Below are positions 39,524 to 52,818 of a stretch of DNA of 64,000 nt, one piece after another (positions within the stretch are counted from its first letter, which is position 1; every line of letters starts with the position of its first letter). Source of the stretch: Octopus vulgaris. Taxonomy: Eukaryota. Under the pieces are notes generated by a model. The model was given only the letters and a program-made list of their open reading frames with translations. It made no database searches and was not told where the DNA came from. The position numbers and the translations under genes are program-made. The stretch covers positions 8,308,001-8,372,000 of the forward strand of contig OX597824.1 in NCBI GenBank assembly GCA_951406725.2. The letters run 5' to 3'.

Positions 39524-39954
39524 CTCACAAATACATATACATACAGAAAGACTTCATCAAAATATAATACCTCTCTGTCTTTCTCTTTCTCCTCACTCTC
39601 TCTCTCATAAATATATATATGTATGTATATATATGTGTGTGAGTGTATGCATAAATGTATTTATACATATATGTATACCCCCCCCCCTCACGCAATGGGT
39701 GATTTGTCAACAGGGGAAATAATAGCAACATCACCGCTCCTAGCCCACTGATCTTTGGGAAGTGCAAATGTAACACCATCTGTGCCACCAAATTATCTCT
39801 CCTTCCCCAACCACACACCTCTCACTCTCCTCATGTACCATATCTCTCTCTCTCTCCCCTCACACTCTCACAGTCATCTCTGTTTTTGTCCTCCTTTCAT
39901 TGTTTACTGTATTAGTGTTAATATACTGCTGCTGTTTACCCATCTCTGTATTGC

Positions 39955-40206
39955 CAGTCATCACCTACTCTCCCCTACTTCCCTCCAAAATCATATGCAT
40001 CATTGATTACTCCTTAACCCTTATGCACTATTCATTACATCCACCCCCTACAGCCGTACCCAATCCTTACAGTCATCACCTACTCTTCCCTACTTCCCTC
40101 CAAAATCATATGCATCATTGATTACTCCTTAACCCTTATGCACTATTCATTACATCCACCCCCTACAGCCGTACCCAATCCTTACAGTCATCACCTACTC
40201 TTCCCT
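39955..40206. repeat. 115-bp tandem duplication (about 2.2 copies)
   Basis: CAGTCATCACCTACTC recurs at 39955, 40070 and 40185. Confidence 0.9.
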
Positions 40207-40692
40207 CCAATGTCTATTTATTATCTCTCAATACTAGTTCTTTATTTATATTCAATCCTTCATTTGTTTCACATCTCTAACTGCCCCTTATTCTTACTAC
40301 ATCCTCTTCCAATGTCCAACCATTCATGCTCCCTTTTTTCTGTCCCCACTCACTTCTACTCACCTCATACCACATCACCCCTATTTTATCTCCCCCCCAT
40401 CACTCTCACCTACTCTTCTAAAATGTAACCATGTAGCTCTTTCACAACCTTTTTTGTTCTGGACCCGTCACTCATATTTGAAACTCTCATCTCCGAGTAT
40501 AAAGCCTGGTATAAAACCCTTTAGCATAAAACCCTCTCTGCTGTAGCCCTACTCAGCTGAAGGGAACCTTATTCTTACCAACTGCATGTCAGCCTCACTT
40601 ATGCTGGAACCACGGAAAAAGCCCTTGGTACACCCTGGTAAATGGTTGGTGCTAGGAGCCATATGCAGACAAGTCGCCAACAGACAAGACAA

Positions 40693-40824
40693 TTCCCACA
40701 CAGCGTCAGACTCAACACAGAAGCCTACATCAAGTGCCTGGAGGTGGTTGTGTGGCCCTGTGTCAAGAAGGTGACTGCTGGAATGCCCTATGTTTGGCAA
40801 CAGAACTCTGCACCATAGCACACA
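40693..40824 (+). pseudogene. Tc1/mariner transposase catalytic-domain fragment
   Basis: FPHSVRLNTEAYIKCLEVVVWPCVKKVTAGMPYVWQQNSAP*HT matches the second-Asp motif (W/F)QQD.AP.H, with D mutated to N. Confidence 0.75.
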
Positions 40825-41059
40825 ATTGTCCTGCCTGTAAGTTGTATGTCGACCATTTGGAGCACAAGCAGCTTTGCACATACATGTAGATGTGATGGAC
40901 TTTAGATCTTGCCCACCAAATAAACTAACAAGGATTTGGTCAGTTCAAGGGTATAGTAGAAGGTACTATGGTGCTATACACACTGGGATGGAACCCAAAA
41001 CGATGTGGTTGGGAAGTAAGCTTCTTACCCACATAGCCTACATATACATACATACATAC

Positions 41060-41116
<57 letters not shown>

Positions 41117-42474
41117 CACACACACACACAGATATATATAGGGGACGTATTGAGTCAAGTACATCAACATCAAAATAAAAATCAAATGGAAATTGTAGTT
41201 GTGATACCTGTGCCGGTGGCATGTAAAAAGCACCGTCTGTACGTGGCTGATGCGAGTGCCGCCTTGACTGGCTTCCGTGCCCGTGGCACGTAAAAAGCAC
41301 CAACTGATCGTGGCCATTGCCAGCCTCCCCTGGCACCTGTGCCAGTGGCACGCAAAAGCACCCATTACACTCTCAAAGTGGTTGGCATTAGGAAGGGCAT
41401 CCAGCTGCAGAAACCATGCCTAATCAGACTGGAGCCTGGTGCAGCCACCTGGCTTCTCAGACCCCGGTCGAACTGTCCAACCCATGCTAGCATGTGTGTG
41501 TATGTGTGTATGTTTGTGTGTATGTACGGGTATACACGTGTGTATCTGTGTTTGTGTGTTTATGTGTGTATGTGTGTGCTTGTGTTAAGTTAGTTACTAG
41601 AGATGTATGTAAATCTGTGTGCATGTGTGTGTGTGCGTGTGTGGTGCAAGATTGTGTACTTGTATTTGAGAGATAGGTGTATGTGTATGTGCAATACACG
41701 AATTTAAACATGTATACATGTGTGCTTGAGCCTATGTGTATGTATGTATGAATATATGTATGTATATATGTATGTATATATGTATGTATGTATGAATATA
41801 TGTATGCATGAATGTATATATGTATGTATGTATGTATGTATGTAAGTATGTATATATGTATGTATGTATATATGTATGTATGAATGTATATATATATATG
41901 TATGTATGAATGTATATATGTATGTATGAATATATGTATGTATGTATGTATATATATATGTATGTATGAATGTATATATGTATGTATGTATGTATATCTG
42001 TATATATGTATATATGTATGTATGTATATATGTATGTATGTATGTATGTATGTACGTACGTATATATGTATGTATGCATGTATGTATATGTGAATGTATA
42101 TAGAAGGAAAAATCTATCAAATACCAAGCCTACAGCTGGATATCGACCAAAGCGATATCTATTGGTCAATAATTCCTTTCTGTTTGAAGGACCAGCAACA
42201 CCTCATTGTTTCAGCCAAATCAAAGTGTGGTCGGTTATTAAACGCGGTTCGTATTGAACTTTCACAGAGAGGCTTTCTCTCTTCCTTCCTCAATGGAAAT
42301 GTCAATTTGTTTGCTTCGTTAATGTAAACCCATTGTTACTGGTGTAAGGATGTTGTGTTGTGTTGTTGGTAATAAACTTTCATTTATTTCCCCCGAAAGG
42401 TCACCGTACCAAATCATCGTCGTTGGCGGCGGCGTTGGCATCGTCGTTGTCGTCGTCAAATGTTTTCGTCGTGA

Positions 42475-42536
42475 TCATCATCGCAATGATCACCATCATC
42501 ATCATGATTGTCATCATTGTCATCACCACCACCACT

Positions 42537-42576
<40 letters not shown>

Positions 42577-42635
42577 TCAGCATCATTGTTGTTGTCATCA
42601 TCATCAACATCATCAACATCACCATCACCATCACC

Positions 42636-42669
<34 letters not shown>

Positions 42670-42695
42670 TCATCAACATCACCATCACCATCACC

Positions 42696-42739
<44 letters not shown>

Positions 42740-42758
42740 CATCACCATCACCATCACC

Positions 42759-42822
<64 letters not shown>

Positions 42823-42985
42823 CCACCACCACCACCACCACTACCATCATCACCAGCATCATTACCAGCACCATCATCAATATCATCATCATCATCATCA
42901 TTTTCATTGCTTTCATCATCATCATCAACATCATTTTCATTACCTTCACCGTCATTTCCACCACCACCTCCACCACCACCACCAT
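42475..42985. repeat. (CAT)n/(CAC)n compound microsatellite
   Basis: Direct reading. Confidence 0.95.
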
Positions 42986-43183
42986 CTGGCCTACTTGGCC
43001 GGTAGACTTAGTCTGTAACTTGGTCTAACACCCCAACATCACTACCTGGACGTCTTTAGAGGAGATGATGCTGTTTTTTGCTTTCACATCATGTCTTGGG
43101 TTTGAGAATATCTCAAATACCTTTTGCTCTCCGTTTAGTCTTGGAGGTCTTCTGATGGGTCATAAGCATTAGACTCCCAGCTG

Positions 43184-43296
<113 letters not shown>

Positions 43297-43322
43297 TAAT
43301 AATGATAATAATAATAATGATG

Positions 43323-43384
<62 letters not shown>

Positions 43385-43386
<2 letters not shown>

Positions 43387-43835
43387 CAGCAGAAAGTGAT
43401 AAGTGCAGAATCTGTGGACAAAACGGTGAAACCGTATGGCATATTACCTGGCAATGTATGCCACAAGAAGGAATATCCGAGATGCCACAACAATATAGCT
43501 AGGCTTGTCCATTGGACACTTTGCAACATGTATGGACTTGACAGAGCAAAAAATTGGTACGACCACAAACCTGAAGGTATCATCGAAAATGATAATGCAA
43601 AGATCCTATGGGATTGTATGATTCAGTGCGACCATGAGATAGAGAATAGGAAGCCGGACATAGTCTCAATTGAGAAAGAAAACAAACTATGCTGGGTCAT
43701 AGATATAGCATGCCCAGCTGACAAAAAGGTATGCGATAAGGAAGAAAGAAAAGTCGAGAGATATGACAGGTTAGCTTAGGAAGTTAAGCAGTTGTGGTTG
43801 ATGAAAAAAGTAGCAGTAGTACCAATAATTGTCAG
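43385..43835 (+). mobile_element. Decayed fragment of a second R4-type LINE subfamily (CCHC and RLE)
   Basis: CRICGQNGETVWHITWQC, then after a frameshift HNNIARLVHWTLC, KPDIV, VIDIACPAD, ERYDRLA, VVPIIV; begins directly after (TAA)n. Confidence 0.8.
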
Positions 43836-44113
43836 AGTCACATTCACACACACACACACACACACCATAAATACACACACCACAAATACACACACACACC
43901 ACAAATACACACACACACACACACACACACACAATGGGTTTCTTTTGGTTTCTGTTTCCCAAATCCAGTCACAAGGCTTTGGCTGGCATCAGTGTGCAAT
44001 GCTGCAAGGCTGAACCTAAGACCAAATTATTGGGAAGCAAGGTTCATAACCCCACAGTCACCAAGGAGATCTCTGATCAGACTCTCCACCTATGGCCTTC
44101 CTTTATTCTAGAT

Positions 44114-44444
44114 CAGGGCTGGCCAACCTGAAGCCCGCGGGCCACATGTGGCCCGTAGACTTTTACCTTGTGGCCCACTTCATGCTTTCTTGAAATGAGT
44201 TTATTTAAACAAACATTTAAAAAATTTTATCAAAAATTAAAGATTTTAATGAAAAGTAAAAAAAGAAAGCTACTACTGTTTTTGCAATGATAATATTTCA
44301 TGTTGAATCAACGATCATTCATTATTGTAATAATAACATGAGAAAGCAAAATGCTTTCAATTCTGTCAGGATACAAATGGCCCCCCGCCAAAAATTTCCT
44401 GTGATTAAAGTGGCCCTCAATGTAATTTGAGTTGGCCAGGCCTC
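44114..44444. mobile_element. hAT (Charlie/Buster-type) MITE
   Basis: Imperfect TIRs CAGGGCTGGCCAAC / GTTGGCCAGGCCTC, subterminal TGGCCC motifs, and an 8-bp TSD TTCTAGAT / TTCTAAAT that fits the NTCTAGAN preference. Confidence 0.85.
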
Positions 44445-44953
44445 TTCTAAATGCACTGAGTATCTAGGACTAAATTATTCAGGATGTCTTTGTTTTTGTA
44501 AGACAGTTAGGAGAGATTTCAAGTTAGGTGTTATTTGGTTGCTATTTCTAGCAGGTCAAATGACCATATGATGATGATAATGATAAAGATGATGATGATG
44601 ATGATGATGAGGATGATAATAGTGATGACAACGATAATGAGGAAGATGATGACGATAATGATGAAGATGATGGTGATGATGATGATGGTGATGGTGGTGG
44701 TGGTGATGATGGTGATGATCATGTTGAAGATGATGATAATGATGGTGATTATGTTGAAGATTATTATTATGATGATGATGATGGTGAATATTGTAATGAT
44801 GATTAGACGGATGGAAGATGGCGTTTGCAAATGTTTTGATGAGAATGAGATGATGGCAGTTCAACAAGTGCACATAAATGGAAATGCAGAGGGTAACACA
44901 TCCTCACACACACACACACACACATATGCACACATACACACACACACAAACAA

Positions 44954-45006
<53 letters not shown>

Positions 45007-45191
45007 GACAAACACACACATGCACACACACAGACATCCACACACACATGCACACACACAGACATCCACACACACATGCACACACACAGACATCCACACA
45101 CACATGCACACACACACATACAAACAAACACACACACATGCACACACGCACACATACTCATACATACACACATTAATATACATGTATGTAT

Positions 45192-45228
<37 letters not shown>

Positions 45229-46246
45229 TATATGCATATATATGCATATATATATACATACCTATATACATACATACCTATATATATATACATATATATA
45301 TATATACATATATTTATATATAGATATATATATATATATACACATACATATATACATACATACATACATATATATATACATAAATATATATACATATATA
45401 CATATATATATATATATACATACATACATACACATACACACACATATACATGAACACACAATGCAGAACCCCTTTCCCCGTGAAAGCAAAATAAAAATTA
45501 AAAATAAATGAGTAAATAAAAATAAGATTAAAGGTAAAGTAAATAAATATATAAATAAATAAATATATAAATAAATAAATAAATAAATAGGGGCCAACGT
45601 TGTGCAAGCAGCTAAGTTAGGAAACTGAAGTATCAGATGTTACTGTTTCTGATAGGCGATAGCATCATATGACGGTGAGGAGAACAAATATAGAACCCTA
45701 AAAAAAAAAAAAAACGAGAATTAAGGGAAAAAAAAACCCCAACCTTAGAAAGCAGAAGAAAATAAGGGTCGGTGGGTGGGCATAGAATAAGGGTGGTGGT
45801 GGTGGTGGTGGTGGCGAGTGGAGCAGACAGAAGGAATTGCTGTTTTGAAATGCCAATGTTAGCATAGAGCAGGAGAGAGAAATTAGATATGGAGTGAAAG
45901 AGAAAGCTAGGTGCAATGAGCTGATGCAGTTTTTAAAGGAGCTGAAGGGTTCAGGGGATGTAAGTAGACAAGGGTAATGAGGAATTTATTAATTAACTTG
46001 GGTGGAGTCGAATCTGTTGTTGCAAGCATTTGGACGAGGGCTATGCTATGAGGATGATTTCCCCCCCCCCCCCCTGTTTCCCTTCCTGTCGTGAGCCTTG
46101 GAAATCTCAGGGATAGTTGTGGGTACTGAACTTCTTGACTAAACAATAATAATAATAATAATAATAATAGAGACAATCATAAAGGTTGCTCCTGTTATTG
46201 GAGCATTGGGTACAATACCACTCAATGCATGCAACCCCCCACTTAT

Positions 46247-46280
<34 letters not shown>

Positions 46281-46868
46281 TTCTTTACTACCCACAAGGG
46301 GCTAAACACAGAGGGGATAAACAAGGACAGACAAACGGATTAAGTCGATTACATCGACCCCAGTGCATAACTGGTACTTAATTTATCGACCCCGAAAGGA
46401 TGAAAGGCAAAGTCAACCTCGGGTATATATATATAGATGCAGGAGTGGCTGTGTGGTAAGTAGCTTGCTTACCAACCACATGGCTCCGGGTTCAGTCCCA
46501 CTGCGTGGCACCTTGGGCAAGTGTCTCCTACTATGTCCTTAGGCCGACCAAAGTCTTGTGAGTGGATTTGGTAGACATCATTGTTTAATGCCAGGCGGCA
46601 CTGGCATTGACCACGCTCGGATGGTATCTTTTACGTGCCACCAGCACGGAAACCACTGTGTGTATATGTATGTATGTATGTATAAAGGCGTAGGAATGGC
46701 TTATAGGTGCAGGAGTGGCTGTGTGGTAAGTAGCTTGTTTATGAACCACATGGTTCTGGGTTCAGTCCGACTACATAGCACCTTGGGCAAGTGTCTTCTA
46801 GTATAACCCTGGGCCAACCAAAGCCTTGTGAGTGGATTTGGTAGACAGAAACTGAAAAAAGCCCATCG

Positions 46869-46946
<78 letters not shown>

Positions 46947-46948
<2 letters not shown>

Positions 46949-48236
46949 TTACAGCTACAATATCCTTAACTGGACACGAAATGAACTGACCAAAATAGAT
47001 AGGAAAACAAGAAAAATAATGACAGGATCTAGGATGCATCACCCAAAATCTGACATAGAAAGACTATATATACAACGTATGGAAGGTGGTAGAGGCCTTA
47101 TACAGCTGGAAAACTACTATAAAATAACCACCATAGGACTGCAAAAATATCTACTTCAGAAGGAAGGAAAACTGATCCAGATAGCGGCAAAACACGAGCA
47201 AAACAAAAAACTGTTCTCAGTATTTAAGGAAGCTGACAAATACAAACAAGAAATCATACCACCTAATAAACATGAAGAAGAAGAAGAAGATGAAGAAACA
47301 ACAAAAGCTATAAAACAAATGAAATCCAAACTAAAAACAGAACAGCAACGAACCATGATAAAACGATGGCAAGAAAAGCCCCTTCATGGTAAATACTGCA
47401 CTAAACTAAACGCAAAAGAAATAGACAAAGAAAAATCCCAGCAATGGTTGAGAAGCTCAGGACTCAAAGCAGAAACAGAGGGATTTTTAATTGCAGCACA
47501 AGACCAAAGCCTCCCCACCAGAAATTACCAAAAACATGTAATGAAAAGAAATATTACAAGTAACTGCAGAATATGTGGAGATGGACAAGAAACAATAAAT
47601 CATATTATCTCTAGCTGCCCAGTCCTGGCTAAGAAGGAATATATTCACAGACATGACAGAGTTGGAACTTACATACATTGGAAGCTATGCCAACATTATG
47701 GAATAACAACAGAAAAAAGATGGTATAGGCACACACCAGAAAAGGTCACAGAAAACGAGAAAGCAACCATACTCTGGGATATGCCGATACACACAGATAG
47801 AGAAATTAAGGCCAACAGACCAGATATAGTTGTCAGAGATCATGAAGAAAAAAATGCTTTTTAATTGATGTATCAATACCGGCAGATGACAACGTGTCTC
47901 TAAAAGAAATGGAGAAACTCTCAAAATACAAAGACCTGGAAATAGAGGTAACTAGAATGTGGAATCTGAAAACAGAAACAATTCCTATCATAGTAGGTGC
48001 ATTAGGCATGATAAAAAAATATTCAGACAAATACATAACAAAAACACCAGGACTTACAAACACATATAACATACAGAAAATTGCACTACTAGGCACTGCC
48101 CACATCCTACGCAGAACACTTTCCATACAATAACCATCAGAGCATCACAACAAATCACAGCACATACCCAAGGCACACAGAGCTGCGCTCGGTAGTGAAG
48201 TGAAAGCACGCTATAAAAATAAAAATAAAACTACTG
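46947..48236 (+). mobile_element. 5'-truncated R4/Dong-clade non-LTR retrotransposon (RT thumb, CCHC knuckle, restriction-like endonuclease, 3' UTR)
   Basis: Translation gives HHPKSDIERLY..GGRGL, CRICGDGQETINHIISSC, RHD, RPDIVV, IDVSIP, KLSKYKDL and IVGALG. A 1-bp deletion in the A-run near 47850 splits ORFs 47019-47864 and 47894-48133; the copy at 11.7 kb has 8 A and is in frame there. (TAA)n on both flanks. Confidence 0.9.
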
Positions 48237-48365
48237 AATAATAATAATAATAATAATAATAACAATAACAATAATAATAATAATAATTGGGAATATAATT
48301 CCAAACTTACAGGGAAAAATTCAATTTAGCAATTCTAGATCAAATTTCTCAATATATAATATATG

Positions 48366-48640
48366 TATATAATTAAGAGAAATAACCTTTATTAATTAAT
48401 TCAATAGTGAAAGACATTGTCTATACTACATAGAAAAAATTTAAATATAATTGATATTATTAAAAAATCACTGAATTAATGTTTATTTAATTTATTTAAT
48501 TTAACTAATGTTTATTTAATTTAGTGATTTTTGAATAATATTTATTATAATATTATTTAAACTTTTTCTATATGATTTGATATAGATAATATCTTTCATT
48601 ATTGAATTACTTAATAGAGGTTATTTCTCTTAATTATATA
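48366..48640. repeat. AT-rich inverted repeat (fold-back)
   Basis: TATATAATTAAGAGAAATAACCT..AAAAATCACT is mirrored by AGTGATTTTT..AGGTTATTTCTCTTAATTATATA; arms about 115-125 bp with indels. Confidence 0.7.
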
Positions 48641-49081
48641 TATATATATATATGTGTGTGTCTGTCTGTGTTTGTGCCACTAACATCACTTGACAACTGA
48701 TGCTGGTGTGTTTAGGTCCCCGTAACATAGTGGTTCAGCAACAAGAGACCGATAGAATAAGTGTACTAGACTTACAAAGAATAAGTTCTGAGGTTGACTT
48801 GCTTGACTGAAGGTGGTGCTCCAGCCTGACTGAAACAAATAAAAGAACCAACATGTGTATGTCTTTGTGTTTGTGTTGTTTACCAACACTGCTTGCCAAC
48901 CGGTGTCAGTTTGTTTATGTCCCTGTAACTTAGTGACTTGGCAAAAAAGTGAACGATAAGGTAAGCACCAGGCTTTAAAAAAATAAATACTAGGGCTGAG
49001 TTCTTCAACTAAAAGCCTTCTGCGTTGTGCCCAAGCATGACTGCAATCTAATGACTGAAATAGGTAAAAGATACAAGATAG

Positions 49082-49255
49082 ATTTCTTTATTGGTCACGC
49101 AGGGCTGAACACAGAGGGGACAAAATACAAAGTAGAGCTTTTCTTTTTGGGAAGAAGAGAAGGAAAAAAAAATGGGTCGAATTCTGATCAAAAGGGATCG
49201 TGAAAAGAAAAAAAAAAGTGGGGCCGATCAATAGGCATCATGTATCACAGAAAAA
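49082..49255 (-). mobile_element. Second copy of the LINE-like 3' end
   Basis: Homology to 5700-5872; adjoins AGATAGAT. Confidence 0.45.
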
Positions 49256-49337
49256 AAAATAACCTTTAAATTATTAAACTGATATTTAGAAGGAAAGTTT
49301 GCATGAAATTTTGATGGACAGTTTTAAGTGAGACCAC

Positions 49338-50970
49338 TTAACCCATTCATGCGGAAATTTTTCTAGTGAATGAAATTGCCTGAAATTTCATAGATACTAA
49401 TTATTTTGACCTAAATAACAACTGAAAAAAGTTCATTGGAATCTGTTTGATACAGATTGCGTATGCATTAAGAACCTGTTTCATTCTTTGATATAGATCA
49501 TACACAAATCAAGTATTTGTTTTATACCCTTATAAATTAAGGGTCAGTTTAAATGATCGGCATGAATGGCTTAAATGTAAGTCATGGAGTGGGGGCAGTC
49601 CAGCCTAAGTGCCAGATTAAACGTTGGCTGTGGAGGGGAAGTAAATTAGCCTACATACCGGACTAAACGTAGGTGTGGAGTGGGGGCTGATGTACATCAT
49701 GCAGGGGGTAGCAGTCTAGACTAAGTGTAGAAATAGGAGTGAGGGGCGCTCTAGCCTGAGTGCCAGATTAAAAGTGTGTCGTGGAGGATGGAGCAGTCTA
49801 GCCTCTGTGCCAGATTAATCCATTCATGCCAAAATTTTTCTAGCAAATGAAATGACCTGAAATTTCACAGATACTTGTATTTTGTCCTAAATAACAACAG
49901 AAAAGAATTTCATTGAAATCTGCTTGATACAGGCTGCATATGTGTTAAGAACCTGTTTCATTCTTTGACACAGGTCATACACAAATCAAGTATTTGTTTT
50001 ATACCCTTATAAATTAAGGGTCAGTTTAAACGATTGGCATGAATGGCTTAAATGTAAGTCATGGAGAGGGAGCAGTCTAGCCTAAGTGCCGGATTAAACG
50101 TTGGCTGTGGAGGGGAAGCAAATTAGCCTACATACCGGACTAAATGTGGGCTAACGATGTCTAGCTTAATTGCTGGATTAAATGTAGATTGTGCAGGGAG
50201 AAGGCAGTCTAGACTAAGTGCTGGAATAAATGTAGGTCATGGAGTGAGGAATGCTCTAGCCCAAGTGCTAGATTAAAAGTGTGTCATGGAGGATGGGGCA
50301 GTCTAGCCTCTGCGCCGGATTAACCCATTCGTGCTGAAATCTTTCTAGCGAATGAAATTGCCCGAAATTTCACAGATACTTGGATTTTGACCTAAATAAC
50401 AACTGAAAAGAATTTCATTGAAATCCACAGGCACAGGAGTGGCTGTGTGGTAAGTAGCTTGTTTACCAATCACATGGTTCCGGGTTCAGTCCCACTGCGT
50501 GGCACCTTGGGTAAGTGTCTTCTGCTATAGCCTTGGGCCGACCAATGCCTTGTGAGTGGATTTGGTAGATGGAAACTGAAAGAAGCCTGTCGTATATATG
50601 TATATATATATATGCGTGTGTGTGTTTGTGTGTCTGTGTTTGTCCCCCTAGCATTGCTTGACAACCGATGCTGGTGTGTTTATGTCCCCGTTACTTAGCG
50701 GTTCGGCAAAAGCGACTGATAGAATAAGTACTGGGCTTACTAAAGAATAAGTCCCGGGGTCGAGTTGCTCGATTAAAGGCGGTGCTCCAGCATGGCTGCA
50801 GTCAAATGACTGAAACAAGTAAAAGAGTATAAAAGAGAGAGATACAGGTTGCATACGCGTTAAGAACCTGTTTCATTCTTTGACACAGATCATACACAAA
50901 TAAAGTATTTGTTTTATACCCTTATAAATTAAGGGTCAGTTTAAACGGACGATCGACATGAATGGGTTAA
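49338..50970 (+). mobile_element. Array of three TTAA-CCCATTCATG MITEs alternating with two related spacers
   Basis: Units 49338-49574, 49815-50051 and 50320-50970 (the last split by a SINE at 50429-50840); TIR CCCATTCATG / CATGAATGG(G/C); TTAA at every boundary. Confidence 0.8.
50429..50840 (+). mobile_element. SINE family A, full length, inserted in a MITE
   Basis: Near-identical to 21435-21846; the MITE sequence resumes on both sides. Confidence 0.9.
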
Positions 50971-51736
50971 AGCAGAATGTTTGCATCATAGAACCAGGGG
51001 TAGCTTCAGGTGGGTTGGTAATCAAGAGGGTTAATATGTATCAGAAGGAAATATCATGCCCTTTGCACTCTGCAAGTTGTTGGTGAGATGGGGATGAGAT
51101 GAAGATGATGTGGCGTTCTTAAATTCTTTCTTATTTTATTTTAATAGTTTAGTGCCAGCCTGATCTTCCTTCACATCAAAAGTCTTCAAAAGAAAAGAAG
51201 GAAAAACGAAAAAAGAAAAAAAAAAAAAGAAACTGGCTTTATAACCAATTTGTTACACATGAAATAGTAATTACCTAGACAAATTTAATCAGTTTTATAA
51301 AAGTAATTTTAATTACTTTTAGGAAAAAAATATTCTTAAACTATATAGTATAGCAGAATTATGTTTTTGAGAAAATAGTAAACAAAATAAAATATTAAAT
51401 AAAACAAAAATATAAGATTGTACATTTTTTACTCTATTAACCTCATCTTTAGACACGAACATGTTTTTGGTGGCAGCGGTGCTGTTGGTGGTGGTGGTGG
51501 TGGTGGTGAGACGGAGTGATTATGAGGCACAAGAATCACTGTTTTGTTGTATGTATTTCACTTTGCAATTCGGTTTTAGATTCTGTTTTACTGCTTGGAA
51601 TCTTGAGCAAGTGTTTTCTTTCATATCCTGGCATCAGGTTTGCCAATGCTGTACAAACTCCCCAAAACTATTATGGTTTTAAACCTTGTTGTTGGTCTGT
51701 GGAACAATGCTAGAATAAACTTTGTTGTGTGACACT

Positions 51737-52251
51737 ATCAAGAGTCTTAGTCAATTAAGAGTCTAAGTCAATCAAGTGTCTAAGTCAATCAAGAGTCTTA
51801 GTCACTCAAGAGTCTAAGTCAATCAAAAGTCTAAGTCAATCAAGAGTCTTAGTCAATCAAGAGTCTTAGTCAGTCAAGAGTTTTAGTCAATCAAGAGTCT
51901 TAGTCAATCAAGAGTCTTAGTCAATCAATAGTCTAAGTCAATCAAGTGTCTAAGTCAATCAAGAGTCTAAGTCAATCAAGAGTCATAGTCACTCAAGAGT
52001 CTAAGTCAATCAAGAGTCTAAGTCAATCAAGAGTCTTAGTCACTCAATAGTCTAAGTCAATCAAGAGTCTAAGTCAATCAAGAGTCTCAGTCAATCAAGA
52101 GTCTTAGTCAATCAAGAGTATAAGTCAATCAAGAGTCTTAGTCAATCAAGCGTCTAAGTCAATCAAGAGTCTAAGTCAATCAAGAGTCTGTCAATCAAGA
52201 GTCTTAGTCAATCAAGAGTTTTAGTCAGTCAAGAGTCTATGTCAATCAAGA
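51737..52251. repeat. 17-bp minisatellite, about 30 units
   Basis: Consensus ATCAAGAGTCT(T/A)AGTCA, head to tail with no spacers. Confidence 0.95.
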
Positions 52252-52516
52252 TTCAATGACCAAAGACCTCCTTGGAAAAATGTCATTTGCATTTGTTACC
52301 TGACACACAAAATGCCTAAGAACCTCTTATTTTCATTACACTTTAAATAAGTAAAATATTCACCATTTTATTATTGTTAATTACTAATCTACTTTTGTGA
52401 TGGGTTTTCTGCCTTAGATTTTGTTCTTAATTGTGATTGTTGGGGGTCGTAAAATAAAAAGAGATTTTACATTATTTACATATGACAGATATTTGTCCTC
52501 ATCTTGTTTGTTGTTA

Positions 52517-52560
52517 ACACAACATTTCGGCTGATATACCCTCCAGCCTTCATCAGGTGT
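52517..52560 (-). ncRNA. Minimal type-I hammerhead ribozyme motif (Penelope pLTR type)
   Basis: Minus strand: ACAC-CUGAUGA-A-GGCUG-gagggtatat-CAGCC-GAAA-UGUU-GUGU. Stem I is ACAC/GUGU, stem II is GGCUG/CAGCC, the core is intact, and stem III is probably decayed from ACGU. Confidence 0.8.
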
Positions 52561-52610
52561 CTTGGGGGAAATTTCAAACCTGGGTTCTCATTCCTAAGGT
52601 ATTTTTCAAG

Positions 52611-52649
<39 letters not shown>

Positions 52650-52752
52650 ATTATTTCCTCAAATTTTCTTCTGTTTCTCGCTGAGTGTTTTCCGTATACC
52701 TAGGGCAGAGAAGCTCATTGTATGCATTCCCAGATTACACACACAAATTCAC

Positions 52753-52818
<66 letters not shown>

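Noticed and set aside
51737-52251. 17-bp array as a CRISPR
   Set aside because: No spacers; it is a pure head-to-tail minisatellite.
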